In this document: positions 1-12,161 of the stretch, one piece after another
Numbering within the stretch: position 1 is the first letter of the stretch
How the letters are laid out: the number at the start of each line of letters is the position of its first letter
NCBI GenBank assembly: GCA_028534125.1
Contig: CM052817.1
Location: 44,146,001-44,210,000 of the forward strand
From: Lama glama
Taxonomy: Eukaryota
Direction: 5' to 3'
DNA: 64,000 nt
Notes under the pieces: model-generated
Databases searched by the model: none
The model's input: the letters and a program-made list of their open reading frames with translations, nothing else
Told to the model about the DNA's origin: nothing
Position numbers and translations under genes: made by a program

Positions 1-2980
1 TAGAACAAGAGTAATACTATTGTCTTATTTCTCCGTAAGTATACAATAGCACTGTGTGTTCCCAGAAGCCACTGGATCACGGTAACTTTTGATCTTATCC
101 CAACCAGTCGCACAAGTACTAGGAATCAAACACCTGTTGATTTGTTAATGCAACTGAGGGAACTCGATCGTTGGGTTCCAATGACTCTAAAATATACAAG
201 GGTGTTCTATTTCAGACCAAATGTACTTCCTTTCATACGTGGGTTTTGAGCAGGTGATAATTTCCTATTTGAAAAAATCAATGTGATTCATATACTACTG
301 ATAATTCCTTTTTTTGTTACTGTTCTCATGAGACAAAGTTCTATATGAATATTATCAGCCAATTTTTAAATTTTAGGAATTGTATATGGTTTCAATAAAT
401 GACAGCATTCCTTTGGGGTACAAGAAGGTCAATTAAATGCATTTATATCACATAATATCCTAATAGAGGAAATACAATATTAGCACGAACACTCTAAATT
501 AATTGTAGACTCTGACCACTCCAATTTTCCCTTGGGAGAAGGTTTTCCCCACTGCCCACACAGAGCTTGACTGGGATACGTGAGGCATGGTGCCAGCCTC
601 CAAGATACAGCTGACACTCTCTTGGTTATATGTCAGCTTTCCCTGCACCAGTTCTGGAAGAGTTGTCTAAAACAGCACACAAAAACATTGATGAGTAGAA
701 GAATACTCACTTTGGCTCAATGAACATTTAATGAACAGTTACCGTGTGCCAGGCACCACAATGAACAATGAAAAAAAAAATGCAGCTCTTTACAGTTTGG
801 TCAAAAGGAAGCACATAAATAGGTCATTAAAATCAAACAGGAAATGCTGTGATAGAGGTGAGCGCAGGGCCATGGGGGTATAGAGGAGGAGATAGATCTT
901 CTTTCCTGAAGTTCAGACTCACTAATTCAACAGTCCACCGGGTATCAGTAGCTTCTCAATGTGTTCAAAGCTGAACTCAGAAACTCCTGTTCAAATAACT
1001 TTGTAGCAGATGCCCTGTTCATTTTCTCTGGCCTCCAGTTCAACTCTGCCTGTATGTGAGAACTGCTCTCAACCAATGACTGTGTGGGTGGATACATAAC
1101 CCAGCTCTCGCCTAACTCGGTTGGGATGATTCTGTTACATTCTCTGCAGTCCCATTGAGTCTCCACCCACTGAGGACCGTGATGGTAAAAATAGGTCAAG
1201 TGAAAGGCCCCAGAAATTCCTGTCCTTACTCGGATCACAAACCAAAAGCAATATCTCCTCCTTGATGCGACCTAGAGATTAGCACCACCATCAAAGACTT
1301 GACCAAAAGCAGGGGTAGTGACGCCTGCTGCAGCTGCATTTCATTTGCCTGTTTGGCCTGCAGGCGAGTTGGACAGACCCTGGGAAAGACTGGGCAGTAT
1401 AGGTGCCTCCAACTGTAGCTGCTGTTTAGATGGAGCCTCTTTTCTGGAATAAATCAAGAGTCTCCAGCACTTGGTGTGCAGGTGTTGATCCAAAGATGCC
1501 TCTTTTTCTGTGCCAATTCGCAAGGGCTAGCAGAGCCATTTGCTTTTGCCTGATGTGGCCTCAGTACTACATCACTCTCCTGCTCTCTGCCATCGTATAG
1601 TCTGCAGAGATGATGATCATCTTGTCAGCCCACATCAAGTCACAAACCTGCCCACCACACTGATGACATTATATGGATTGGAACTGATCAGGACCTGAAC
1701 AGGAAGTAGCAAGTATTTCCTATGACTTTGTAAGACATATGTGAACCAGAGAATAGTAGATAAAACCTTACAAAAATTCAGGGACTTATTACCTATGTGA
1801 GAATCCTGGAAGTCAAATGGTATGGAACATCTCAAGATCTCTCCTCCAAAGTGGAAGGTACATCACTGTGCCTCACACGGTCTACCACTAAAGAAGAGGC
1901 ACTAGGTGGGCCTTCTGGGATTTTTAAGGTAATATATATCACATGTGAGTGTGCTGCTTAGATCCCACTTACAAGTAATCGGTAAAGCCGTCTGTTTTGA
2001 AAGAGACCAGAGCAAGTGTAGGCTGAGTGCACGTTGCTCTTTGTGACCCAACAGACCCAATGATAAGACACTTGGAGCATCTGCAGGAAGTCTCCGGCAA
2101 GCAGCAATCAGAGAATCAAGTGTGGAACTCAGGGTTTTGAAGCAAATCTATGCCTCCTCTACAGATAACAATTCTCCCTTTTCAGAAACAGCTCCTAGCT
2201 TGATACTGATACTGAATACCTTACATGTAAACTATGTTTCCCACCCATGCACTGGGGGACCTTCCTCACCTCCTGAGGTTGTGTGTGCACAGAAACAATC
2301 TATCATCAAGGAAAATGGTACATATAAGATTGAGCTCAAGCTCAAGCAGGTCCAGAAGGCACAATTAAGTGGCCTAAGCAGGTGACTTATGCTCCTCCCC
2401 TTCTTCTGTATCTGTAGCCTCACAGGGGAGTTCCTTATTACCAGTAGAATGAGAAGGGAGAAGCTCAGTCTTGATTTACAGATAGTAAAACAATGTGCTG
2501 CCAAACTTCAGTGGACACTACTTGCAGCATTGTAGTTCTACTCGGGAGTGTCTCTGGACAGCGGTAAAGGAAAATACACCCCAGGTGGGAACTTCCAGTA
2601 ATACATTTTGTTGTCCACTTTTTCTGAGCTGGGAGATAGCCAGCCAGAAGTATGGAGTTTTACCCTGATTCATGGGTGGTGACTAACAGTTTTGCTGGAG
2701 GTTCAGGGACTTGGTAAAGACAGGATTGACATATCGGTGAGAAGGGGTCTGGGGAAAATGTGTGTGGCTGGATCACTCATAGTGGGCACAGAGTGTGAAG
2801 ATATTCATGAATATCCTTCAAAGAGCATGCATTACAGGGGAGGCTTTCAATGACCAGGTAGGTAGAAAAAAATGACATATTTTATATATGTCAGCTTCTC
2901 TCACTAGCTACTGGAGGGCTTGCTCAATGGGCCCATGTATAAAGTGGTCACAGTGGCAAGAAAGGAGGTTACTCCATTCT

Positions 2981-3233
2981 TTTTTTTTTATAATTCTTAT
3001 TTTTTATTGAAGTGTAGTCGATTTACAATGTTAGTTTCAGGTGTACAACATAGCAATTCACCTATACATATACATACATATATATTTTTTTTGTCATATT
3101 CTTTTCCATTACAGCTCATTACAAGAAATTGAATATAATATATTTCCCTGTGCTTATTGTTTACCTATTTTACATATATATATACATATATGTCTGTTAA
3201 TCCCAAACTCCCAATCTATCCCTCCCCCTCCCA
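2981..3233 (-). mobile_element. 5'-truncated L1 3' end inserted into the ERVL
   Basis: Poly(T) followed by L1 3'UTR-type sequence, flanked by a 15-bp TSD with one mismatch: aggttactccattct (2966-2980) and aggttattccattct (3234-3248). Confidence 0.85.
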
Positions 3234-3273
3234 AGGTTATTCCATTCTTAACAACATGAACTGACCTAGCTAC

Positions 3274-3799
3274 TGTTGAGACAAGCGGGAAAAGGGCAGG
3301 GCACAACCACTAAAAGAAAGACACAGCATTTGAGGGTAGTACATAAACTGGCTAGAACCAAGATGGTAGAATATTCAACTTCCAGTAGACCTTGAGCCTC
3401 ATTATATGCTCATTTCCTCATTGTACTACATTGGTCTGCTAAATGACACAGCCCAGGTGCCACGACTGTTCTGAGGCTGGCCATAAAAAGCCAAAAAGTG
3501 GGCTGTGGCCCAATTCCTGGAAATCCCCACCCCTTCCCCAAAGCAGTTGGAATAATCCTCCTACTTGTAGCATATGACATTACCCATCCCATAAAAACTC
3601 ACCACGCCTACACCTCACGGCCAATGCCAATCTCACTTTCCTAGATGACCCCGTGCTCTGGGGCTGCCTCTCTTGTCTCCGAGATGGCCCACACTCTGTC
3701 TGTGGAGTGTGTATCTCCCTGAATGAATCTACTTTCACTTCACTATGGCTGGCTCTTGATTTCTTTCCTGAGTTAGACAAGAACCGATTCTCCAGCAAC
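3274..3799 (+). mobile_element. Solo LTR (ERV1-like) inserted into ERVL pol
   Basis: Starts TGTTGAGA and ends ...ccagcaac. It interrupts the pol remnant and is homologous to the reverse complement of 7221-7696. Confidence 0.7.
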
Positions 3800-5235
3800 C
3801 TTATTACTAATGAGTGCCTACCTGGCCAACAGCAGAGACCAACACTTAGTCTTCAATAAAGGTCTATTCCCCAGGGGACCAGTCAGCTACCAGGTGCATA
3901 CTGATCACAGTGAGTCCTTACATCATGGAGAAGGCAGAGATTTGTCCCCACTGAAACTGATGTGTGTTTTGGATATGGATTTGTCTTCCCTGTTTGTAAA
4001 TGTTTTTGCAAGTAGCGCCATTTGTGGACTTTCAGAATGCTTTATTGACCATCGTTGGCATTCCACACAATGTTGCTCCGGGTCAGAGAACTCATTTCAC
4101 AGCTAAGGAAGTGCAGCGTAGAAATCACTGCTCTTATCACACAGACCATCACCCAGAAGCAGTTGGCTAAATAGAATGATGGACTAGCCTCCGGAACTCG
4201 CTTACAATGACCGTTGAGGGATGGGGTTCTAGCATACAAGATAGAAATACTCTGAATCAGCAACCAGTGTATGGTGCTATCTCCTCTGTAACCAAAATAA
4301 TGGGTTCAGGAATCAAAGGGGGAGTGAATGGATCCTTTCAGTGTTACACTTACAATGTTACAACTCACAGAAATTTTGCTTCCATACTTCTTGCAATTTT
4401 CAGTTCTGTTGATGTGGAGATTTTGGATCTGAAGGGCAGAATATTTTTGCCAAGAGTTACAACAATAGCTCCATTGAATTAGAAGTTGAAACTGACACCT
4501 GACCCTTTGGGGCTTTTTGTACCTCTTGCTGTATACTTTACACTACTGGAATGATGGATCCAGGTTCCTGAGAGAAAATTGAGTCACTTCTACACAATGG
4601 GGGCAGGGAAGGCTACATCCAGGAACCAGAGGGTTCTCTAAGGAGGCTCTCAGTACGTCAATGTACAATAATGAAGCATAATGGAAAACTACAGCCATAA
4701 AGTAAAGTCTGCACAACTGAACATTCAGATGCTTTAGTATGAAAAGTTTAGATTACGCTACCAAAGAACCCCTTCGGCTAAGGTTCTATCTGACGACAAA
4801 TGAAAAATAGAAAGGAAGAGAGAAGTTATAAATACCACCTATGGTCTTATGACCAGGTACAGAAATAAATGCTGTAGCAGCTTTATTATATATGTGTGCT
4901 TGAGTACGTACAGGTAGGCAGAGAGAGAGAGAAATAATTTTATTCTTTCATTTCCTCTTATTATTTTACTGGAGTTTAGCGTTACAATTTAGTCTTTAGT
5001 AGAAGAATATTCAGGCAAGACTATGACCGAATTTGCTGAGTAACTGACATGGGCCAGAGACAGGTGGCATGACTGACTCCCAGTAATTGATTCAATGATC
5101 ATTAGCGTGAAGGTAAAAATGTCTTCATTTATGTAAAGGAGAGTTGAATCTTGGGTGGAGTTCTTATTGTTGGTGACTAGAACATCGGATATGTGTAGTA
5201 GGGTGAGCATGGATGCTGGGTAGCCGGGGATACAC

Positions 5236-5934
5236 TGTATCAGTTACTAAGCTATTATCTCGCAGCTGCAAATGCACCTTTCTATACTCTGCTTAATGAT
5301 GCTGGTACAGAATCTCCCCAAATCATAGTTATGCTTTGCCAGCTGGCTTCCTTTGGGCACTGCTAATAGGGTGCTCTAGAAGGGTACTGCAAAGCTGGAG
5401 GATGATAAACAGACTTGCTATGTGTTTCTGCCTGCTTTCTGAGCCCGTAAACTTTACCCTAGCACCATTTTTTTTACCTTGGTAGCACCATTTTCCCCCT
5501 CCATCACTGCAAACTCAGTTTGCAGTTTTTCCTATACCTGTAAAACCATCCTCATTTTGTTCCAGTTTAGAAACAATGGCACCAGCTGGCAGGCACCCCT
5601 TTCTCAGAGATCGGGCTCCAGGCCCAAAAGTCTCCTCTTCCAAACAGAGACACCAGCACCAACAGAGCAGTACCTCAAGCTCTGATGTCTCAGTTTCAGC
5701 TCCATGGGGCCCTACCCAGGTTTCCAAGTTTTAAACTAATTCCAGCCTCTTCTCCTTTTTTCACCAGCCTCAGAGTGGTAGCTGCTTCCTACAATTGCTG
5801 CTTCGCTAATAATTTAGCATTTTCCTTTTGTTTTTTTTTCTGTTACCTAGTTAACAACCTTGTACCTGGTTAACAATTCCTTGTGTTTAGTGCTGGTGCA
5901 GTTTCTATCTCCTGACAGGTTGCTGGCTGGTACA
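5236..5934 (+). mobile_element. 3' LTR of the ERVL (LTR33-like)
   Basis: TG...CA termini directly after the PPT-like tract; start and end resemble the LTR33 consensus as recalled. Confidence 0.7.
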
Positions 5935-6242
5935 GACACCTTCCTAGGATTCCCACACCTGTTCCCATCCCTCAGTCTAGATTGAAAATTTCTCTCCCGT
6001 TTTACTGTCGTTAACAACTCCCTAACACAACAAGCATTACAGAATTCTGTGATTGTCTGCTTTCTAATATCCCTGCTAAATGGAGACCTTTCCATTTCCA
6101 AACTGTTTAACTGGGCCTTTTCCAGCATAATGCTAGGAAAATAGAGATACTCAGTGAATATTTATTGAATGAATGAAAGAACAACTCAGTAAGATTCCCC
6201 AAAGGAAGGCAACAGAGTAGAGAGTTAGAAGTAGCCCCTAGA

Positions 6243-6720
6243 CCAGTGGCTCACCCATATTTTGATCTCAAGATTCCTTTACAGAGTGATATACTGGTAA
6301 GTGTTTAATAAACAGTTTTCAATTCTCTGTACTTCTGCCGGTTTCTGTTTTGTAAATACTTTCTCCATGTCTAATTTTAAGCCATCGATATGATGCCATT
6401 GCACACAGTTGGAAAGAGATGCTCACCTTGGCTGTCACAAGCCCGTGCCACACAGCTCCTGCACACCATTGCTGTACACTCCTAAACATTATTGAGGACC
6501 TCAAAGAACTTATTTTAGGTGGATTAGAGCAATAAATACTTAAAGCATTAGAAATTAGAACTGAAAAATTCTTTAAATTTCTCTGTATAAATTCTATCAA
6601 AAATAAATAATAATCCCACTACTTGTTGGCATAAATACCATTTTTATAAAACATAACTATATTTTACAAAACAAAAAACAATTAGTGTGAAAAGGAGGCA
6701 ATGTTTTACATTTTAGCAAA
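6243..6720. mobile_element. hAT-Charlie-type DNA transposon fragment with a nested MER63-like hAT element (~6283-6471)
   Basis: CAGTGG terminus and typical Charlie/MER body, interrupted by a second ~190-bp element with hAT-like ends. Family names from memory. Confidence 0.5.
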
Positions 6721-7220
6721 NNNNNNNNNNNNNNNNNNNNNNNNNNNNNNNNNNNNNNNNNNNNNNNNNNNNNNNNNNNNNNNNNNNNNNNNNNNNNNNN
6801 NNNNNNNNNNNNNNNNNNNNNNNNNNNNNNNNNNNNNNNNNNNNNNNNNNNNNNNNNNNNNNNNNNNNNNNNNNNNNNNNNNNNNNNNNNNNNNNNNNNN
6901 NNNNNNNNNNNNNNNNNNNNNNNNNNNNNNNNNNNNNNNNNNNNNNNNNNNNNNNNNNNNNNNNNNNNNNNNNNNNNNNNNNNNNNNNNNNNNNNNNNNN
7001 NNNNNNNNNNNNNNNNNNNNNNNNNNNNNNNNNNNNNNNNNNNNNNNNNNNNNNNNNNNNNNNNNNNNNNNNNNNNNNNNNNNNNNNNNNNNNNNNNNNN
7101 NNNNNNNNNNNNNNNNNNNNNNNNNNNNNNNNNNNNNNNNNNNNNNNNNNNNNNNNNNNNNNNNNNNNNNNNNNNNNNNNNNNNNNNNNNNNNNNNNNNN
7201 NNNNNNNNNNNNNNNNNNNN
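6721..7220. other. Assembly gap (500 N)
   Basis: Run of N. Confidence 1.
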
Positions 7221-7696
7221 AGGCCATCTCAGAAGGCCAGAGAGGCAACGAGGCATGGTGGTGGGGGTGGAGGGGGTGTGTTTAGTTTAAAGTAAAAGTA
7301 GATACACACTCCATAGCCAGAGCTCGGGCCATCTCCAAAAGTGAGAGTGCGTGAGAGGCCTGAGGTGTGGTGCTGTTAGTTTTTAGGGGTTCGGTAATGT
7401 CATATGCTAACAAGTGGGAGGATTATTCCAACTGCTTTTGGGTTAGGGGCTGGGATTCCCAGGAACTGAACCACCACCAACTTTTTGACCTAAAGTCAGC
7501 CTTGGAACTGTCATGGCACCTATGGGTGTGTCATTCACCATGCTAGTATATTACAGTGAGTGTATAATGAAGCTCAAGGCCCACTGGAAGTCAAATCTTC
7601 CACCATCTTGGGCCTCAAGGGCTCCAGGGAATTGAATCTTCAGTTGCTGTGTCATTCCTTCAATGGCTGTGCCCTGCCCTCTTCCCTCCCATCTCA
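7221..7696 (-). mobile_element. Second LTR of the same family as 3274-3799, truncated by the gap
   Basis: Shared blocks in reverse complement, e.g. ggaggattattccaactgctttt vs aaagcagttggaataatcctcc, and ctgtgccctgccc vs gggcagggcacaa. Confidence 0.75.
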
Positions 7697-9499
7697 CTAT
7701 GGTAAAGTGCAACTGTGCAAATGAACACGACCCCATTTGGTGTAGCACAGGCTTATTCAAGGTCTAAATACAGCATTCTGTATGTGCTCAAGTTTGCAAC
7801 TGAAATTAATAAGGTTGTAAATCATGTTACAGCTTCAAGACTCACGCAGAAAGCTTTCCAGGCAGCAGAGCACTGTGGCATATTGTCTAATGACAGGTTT
7901 TGAAGCAGGCCTGCAATAGAGCTGCATTCATGCAGCACAATAAGTTTTTTGTGCCCCAAGGATTCTCCCAGGACTCACTGACTTACCTGGAGTAGAAAGA
8001 CTCACTAGAGAAGGCAGCCTAGGCTGCAGACAAGCTTTTGTCCTTTCACAATGGCAGGACTGAGAAGCTGGGTCTGATTCAGAGCCAGGAAGGCACTGAA
8101 AGCAGAAGGTGGACTTTGCAGATGGGCCATGGAGCCTCAGGACTTGGACGGCTCAGAGGTTTCCTAACATTCTGGCAGAGAGAAACATTTTTTTATAAAG
8201 TAAGAACAATTTTTTTTCTTTTTTCCATTTGGAGCTAGAAAGTTTTCTGTCTAAAATTAACATGATTCATGTCCCAAGAAAGCTCTGTTCTAGAGAACTC
8301 TGTATCCTTGGCTGACATAACGCCTCCCCAACCCCTTAGAATCTGATGTCTGATTCCCAGCTCCGATGTGATGGCTCTGCCCCTTATTTTCAAGGTCCAG
8401 AAAGACTTGAACGCTCAGGAGGAACCAGTTTTCAGGGTAGAAGTTTTGCCACTCTGTCCCAAGAGTTTGAGCTCCAGTTATCAGTAAAATATAATAGTTC
8501 TATGGTTTTCCCCATCTCATTTTGCTACCTCTGGAAGTCCCCTAAATTTACTTAACAGTATTTCCCTGAAGCTATAAAGTCAGGCTATTTTTTTCCCCTT
8601 AACTCAGGAATGTTTTCATTGTAAGTATGAATTCTACAGAAATTGTGCTTGAGTACTACAATTTAGACTGTCAGATTAGTTCTGTAATTTAATTCAGTAA
8701 CTCCATTAACTGCTATTTTTCTATCACAAATATGTAGGTGATCTCTTCAGATATGTATGTTTTGAACTTTATGCATATTGGCAATCAGTTAATGTGATAA
8801 GACCATTAATTCACTCACAAAGTGTTCTTAACTCATAAAACTAACCAGTTTATTTATACTATTCTTAATCATTGTGTGTATGTGTATGCATTATACATGT
8901 GTCATAAACACTCTGAAACAAATATAGAATATGTTATAAAATACAATCATTGTAGTGTTTGGAGTAATTTAAAAAAATTAATCTCTCTTTATTAAGTTAC
9001 ATTTAGTATTCACAACTTTATATCTTATTTTATGATGTGGAAAAATGACATCCTTGAGGCATTTTCTTCTTCAAATACTGTAAATATCCTGTGAAATATT
9101 ATGATATTCATTATTATCTTTTTCAGCTTCTGATTTTCGTCTTCTTCATTGGCTTATTCTTTCTGGTTATAAAACAGCTAAATAAAAATATAAGTTTCTG
9201 ACAAATTCCCCTTAAACCTGGTATACAAAATTCGTATTCTTTCTTTCATACAGTGATAATAATTGAAATTCCTAGTCAATCACAAAAAAAGAAAATATAT
9301 CATTAAAATCTTATTAATTCACTATAGTGGTCACTTAGTTCATCTAAAATGTGGTCTTCATGAGGGTGCAGGTGCTAACATGCAGATTCAGGACCTCACC
9401 TCAGAAATTCTGATTTAGTAGATTGGAAATAGACCCAAGAATCTATTTTCTGGGTTTTTTTCTCAATGTAACAAGTGAGCTCTTACAACATCTTTATGT

Positions 9500-10155
9500 G
9501 TGTGGGTTTTTTCCCAGCTTAACTGTGGTATAATTGATGAATAAAATTGTAATATATTAAAAGTGTATAATGTGATTTGATATATGTATATATTGTGAAA
9601 GAATTGCTACACTCAAGTTAATCAACACATCCATCGCCTCACATAGTTAGTTTTTCTGGAGAGGACGGGTGAGAACACTTAGGTAGGTTCTACTCTCCTG
9701 GCAAACTTTAATTACATAACACAGTACTATCAACTATAGTGATCATGTTACACATTAGATCCTCAGGCTTCATTCATCTTATAACTGAAAGTTTGTACTT
9801 TCTACAAACCACACCACATTTCCCCTACACTGCAGCCCCTGGCAACCACTACTCTGTTTCTATGGGCTTGACTTTCTTTTTTCCCCTTGGATTCCACAAA
9901 TAAGTGATACCATGTAGTATTTGGCTTTTTGTTTTATTTTTTTAAGTTTTTGTTTGTTTGTTTGTTTTTCTTATTAATGGAGGTACTGGTGATTGAACCC
10001 AGGACATCATGCATGCTAGGCAGGCACTCTACCACTGAGCTATACCACCCTCCTCTGTATAGTTTATATCACTTAGTATAATTTCCTCCAGATTCATCCA
10101 TGTTAACACAAAACAAGATTTCCTTCTTTTTTAAGACTGAATAGTATTCCATTGA
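9500..10155 (-). mobile_element. Old L1 3'UTR fragment (L1MA-like) containing a SINE insertion
   Basis: Typical antisense L1 3'UTR motifs (ttaactgtggtataattga..., cccctggcaaccact..., ttcatccatgtt...). Confidence 0.75.
9927..10053 (-). mobile_element. Camelid tRNA-derived SINE (vic-1-like)
   Basis: Reverse complement reads gggtggtatagctcagtggtagagtgcctgcctagcatg...cctgggttcaatcaccagtacctcc plus an A-rich tail; Pol III A and B boxes present. Confidence 0.85.
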
Positions 10156-10599
10156 GATAGAAAATACAAACGTAAATACTTTTTTTTTTGTATTTTGTAT
10201 TTCCGTATTTCTTCATGATACTCCTAGATCATGCAATTTAAAGGAACATGATGCAAAGCATCGAAAATTTCAAAAGGAGATGTGAATGTCCAAAATAAGA
10301 AATAATCCAGGGGTTTAGCTGCACCACATTTCCAGAAGCAGATACTACTTTAGACGAGTCTGCAGCTGCCAATTCTTAAATACGTGAGCATGAAGGCAAC
10401 AGGCAGCAAGTTATCTGGTCAGGGGAGCTGGGGGATCCCTTTGAGGGATCACCTCTGGTACCAGATATGGTATTTGGTCAGATAATATTCTGCAGCTAAC
10501 CAGATTTTTAACTCTCATATCATTCTAGGAATAACTGTTCAGCCCAAATTTGGACTTAGTTTAAAATATTTTAAAGATTACATCTTTTCTAGATATATC

Positions 10600-11173
10600 C
10601 ATCATCTTCCCACTCACAATCCATTCTCAGAGAATCTGCCTTCTGTGCTTGGGTCATGCTTATTTCAGATCATTTCACTTTCCTGGCTAGAACTGATTGA
10701 ACCGGGAGTAAACATCTGATTCAGGCTGAGTCCATTAGATGTTCTAATTTCAGAAGTTGAATCAAAATACAGATTAAGGCTGTTCATATTGTGCAGAGGA
10801 GCTCTCAGCTTTGGGAGTATTGGAGCAAACATGACACCATAGCAAAATCAATGCCTCAGGTGAGAATTGTGGGGACTGAACCTCAAAAAACCTTGGAAAA
10901 ATCAGAAATGGATGGGAGAGAGAAGAAGGAACAAATGCATACACCCAGAGAGGCAGAGATGAGTGATCATCTGATCCCAGAAAGAGTAACTGTTGGACGA
11001 CTTTTACCTCCTGTGAAATAGGACTCTGTATTCTGAAATTAGATTCCCTGATATCCTCTGACTCCCTTCAATAAATATCCTTTCCATCTACTTTTCCACC
11101 CTGTTTCTATCCTCAACACAGTGCTGAGTTGAGGGACTTTCTGTTCCCATCAGCAGAGATCCCTAACAGAGAC
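10600..11173 (+). mobile_element. Old MaLR LTR (MLT1-like)
   Basis: AATAAA at ~11070 followed by an MLT1-like 3' end (...gatccctaacagagaca); heavily diverged. Confidence 0.45.
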
Positions 11174-12030
11174 AATGGTGTACTTACCAGCCACAGTAGT
11201 TAAGGAAGGAAGCACACATCCGGTGGAATGAGCTAAAGACGGCAGGGCTTCCTGTGGGATGCAAGTAGAGTGCTGAAGTTCAGCCTGGGAGGCGACAAAG
11301 AAGCAGTAGGCTGAGAGTCAACAGGGCAGGCAGCTAGGATGATAAGGACCCCAAACAGGAAGACTCCCTACCCACAAAAAGTGGCAAAATCCACTGACAC
11401 CAGCATCAGTCTGTACTACACAATGCACCATGTTGTGTTTAAAGTGCCTTTGAGAACTGATTGCACTCTGAGTCTTAAAGAATTTGAAAGGTACTTAAAA
11501 TTCACTCATTAAAATGCCTTCTCTTGAAAAAAGAAGAAACAAAGACTCTACTGAAAAAGGTATAATTTCATCGACTTACTGGCCAATTCAACATGGAATG
11601 ATGTTGCTCTGGCCAGGATACTTCAGCCCAGGAAGTCATTCTCCCCAGGAACTTCTTGGAGGGTCCTACTTAGAAAAGAAGCTTGACCAGAAAAGCTAGT
11701 GAATGATAGTAAATAACAGTTTATAAAAACCCAGTTAACTCTGAAGAATTGAGTTGGTCAATCTAGCTAAATACAAAAATGTTTCTGATGAGAGAAATAA
11801 ACCTTGGAAAACTGAATAATAAAGACTGATTTCAAATGTAATCTTCAGATATGATGCTTTTTCCTCATCTCTTTCTCAACTAACCATGATTTTAAGTGAA
11901 GAGTCATAGTATTATTTATATTAATAATTCTATGAATGAATTATTATATCTATTGTAAATATAATTTTAGGTTTCTACTTCTTTGTTGACAGAAAGTGAA
12001 TTTTTCTTTTAAAAAGTAAAAGTTATATTT

Positions 12031-12161
12031 AACATGGGGCTTTCTTTTTTTTTTAATTATAAGCTAGCATTTATTAGCTCTTATTTTTTTATGATAGTCA
12101 TTCTAACAGGCATGAAATTATGTCTCATTCTGGTTTTGATTTGCAACATGGGGCTTTCTTT
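12031..12161 (-). mobile_element. Short TPRT retro-insertion (L1-derived fragment with poly(A)) and a perfect 17-bp TSD
   Basis: aacatggggctttcttt at 12031-12047 and 12145-12161 flanks poly(T), TTTATT (12070-12075) and an L1 ORF2-end-like segment. Confidence 0.8.

Larger units (their letters stand above)
1150..5235 (+). mobile_element. Degenerate ERVL-class endogenous retrovirus internal region (RT, RNase H, integrase and dUTPase-like remnants), interrupted by younger insertions
   Basis: Frameshifted remnants resemble ERVL Pol: ISTTIKDL at ~1278-1301; HHTDDII at 1653-1673 (YxDD RT motif); integrase-like GYGFVFP...GLSECFI...THFTAKEV at ~3970-4113; dUTPase-like IFLPRVTTIAPLN at ~4441-4479. A purine-rich PPT-like stretch (~5218-5235) precedes the LTR. 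Boundaries approximate. Confidence 0.85.

Noticed and set aside
945..4482. Short ORFs in the ERVL region as functional retroviral genes
   Set aside because: Many stops and frameshifts, a degraded RT motif and nested insertions.
6657..7285. Long ORFs of 180-199 aa
   Set aside because: Artefacts of translating the 500-N gap.
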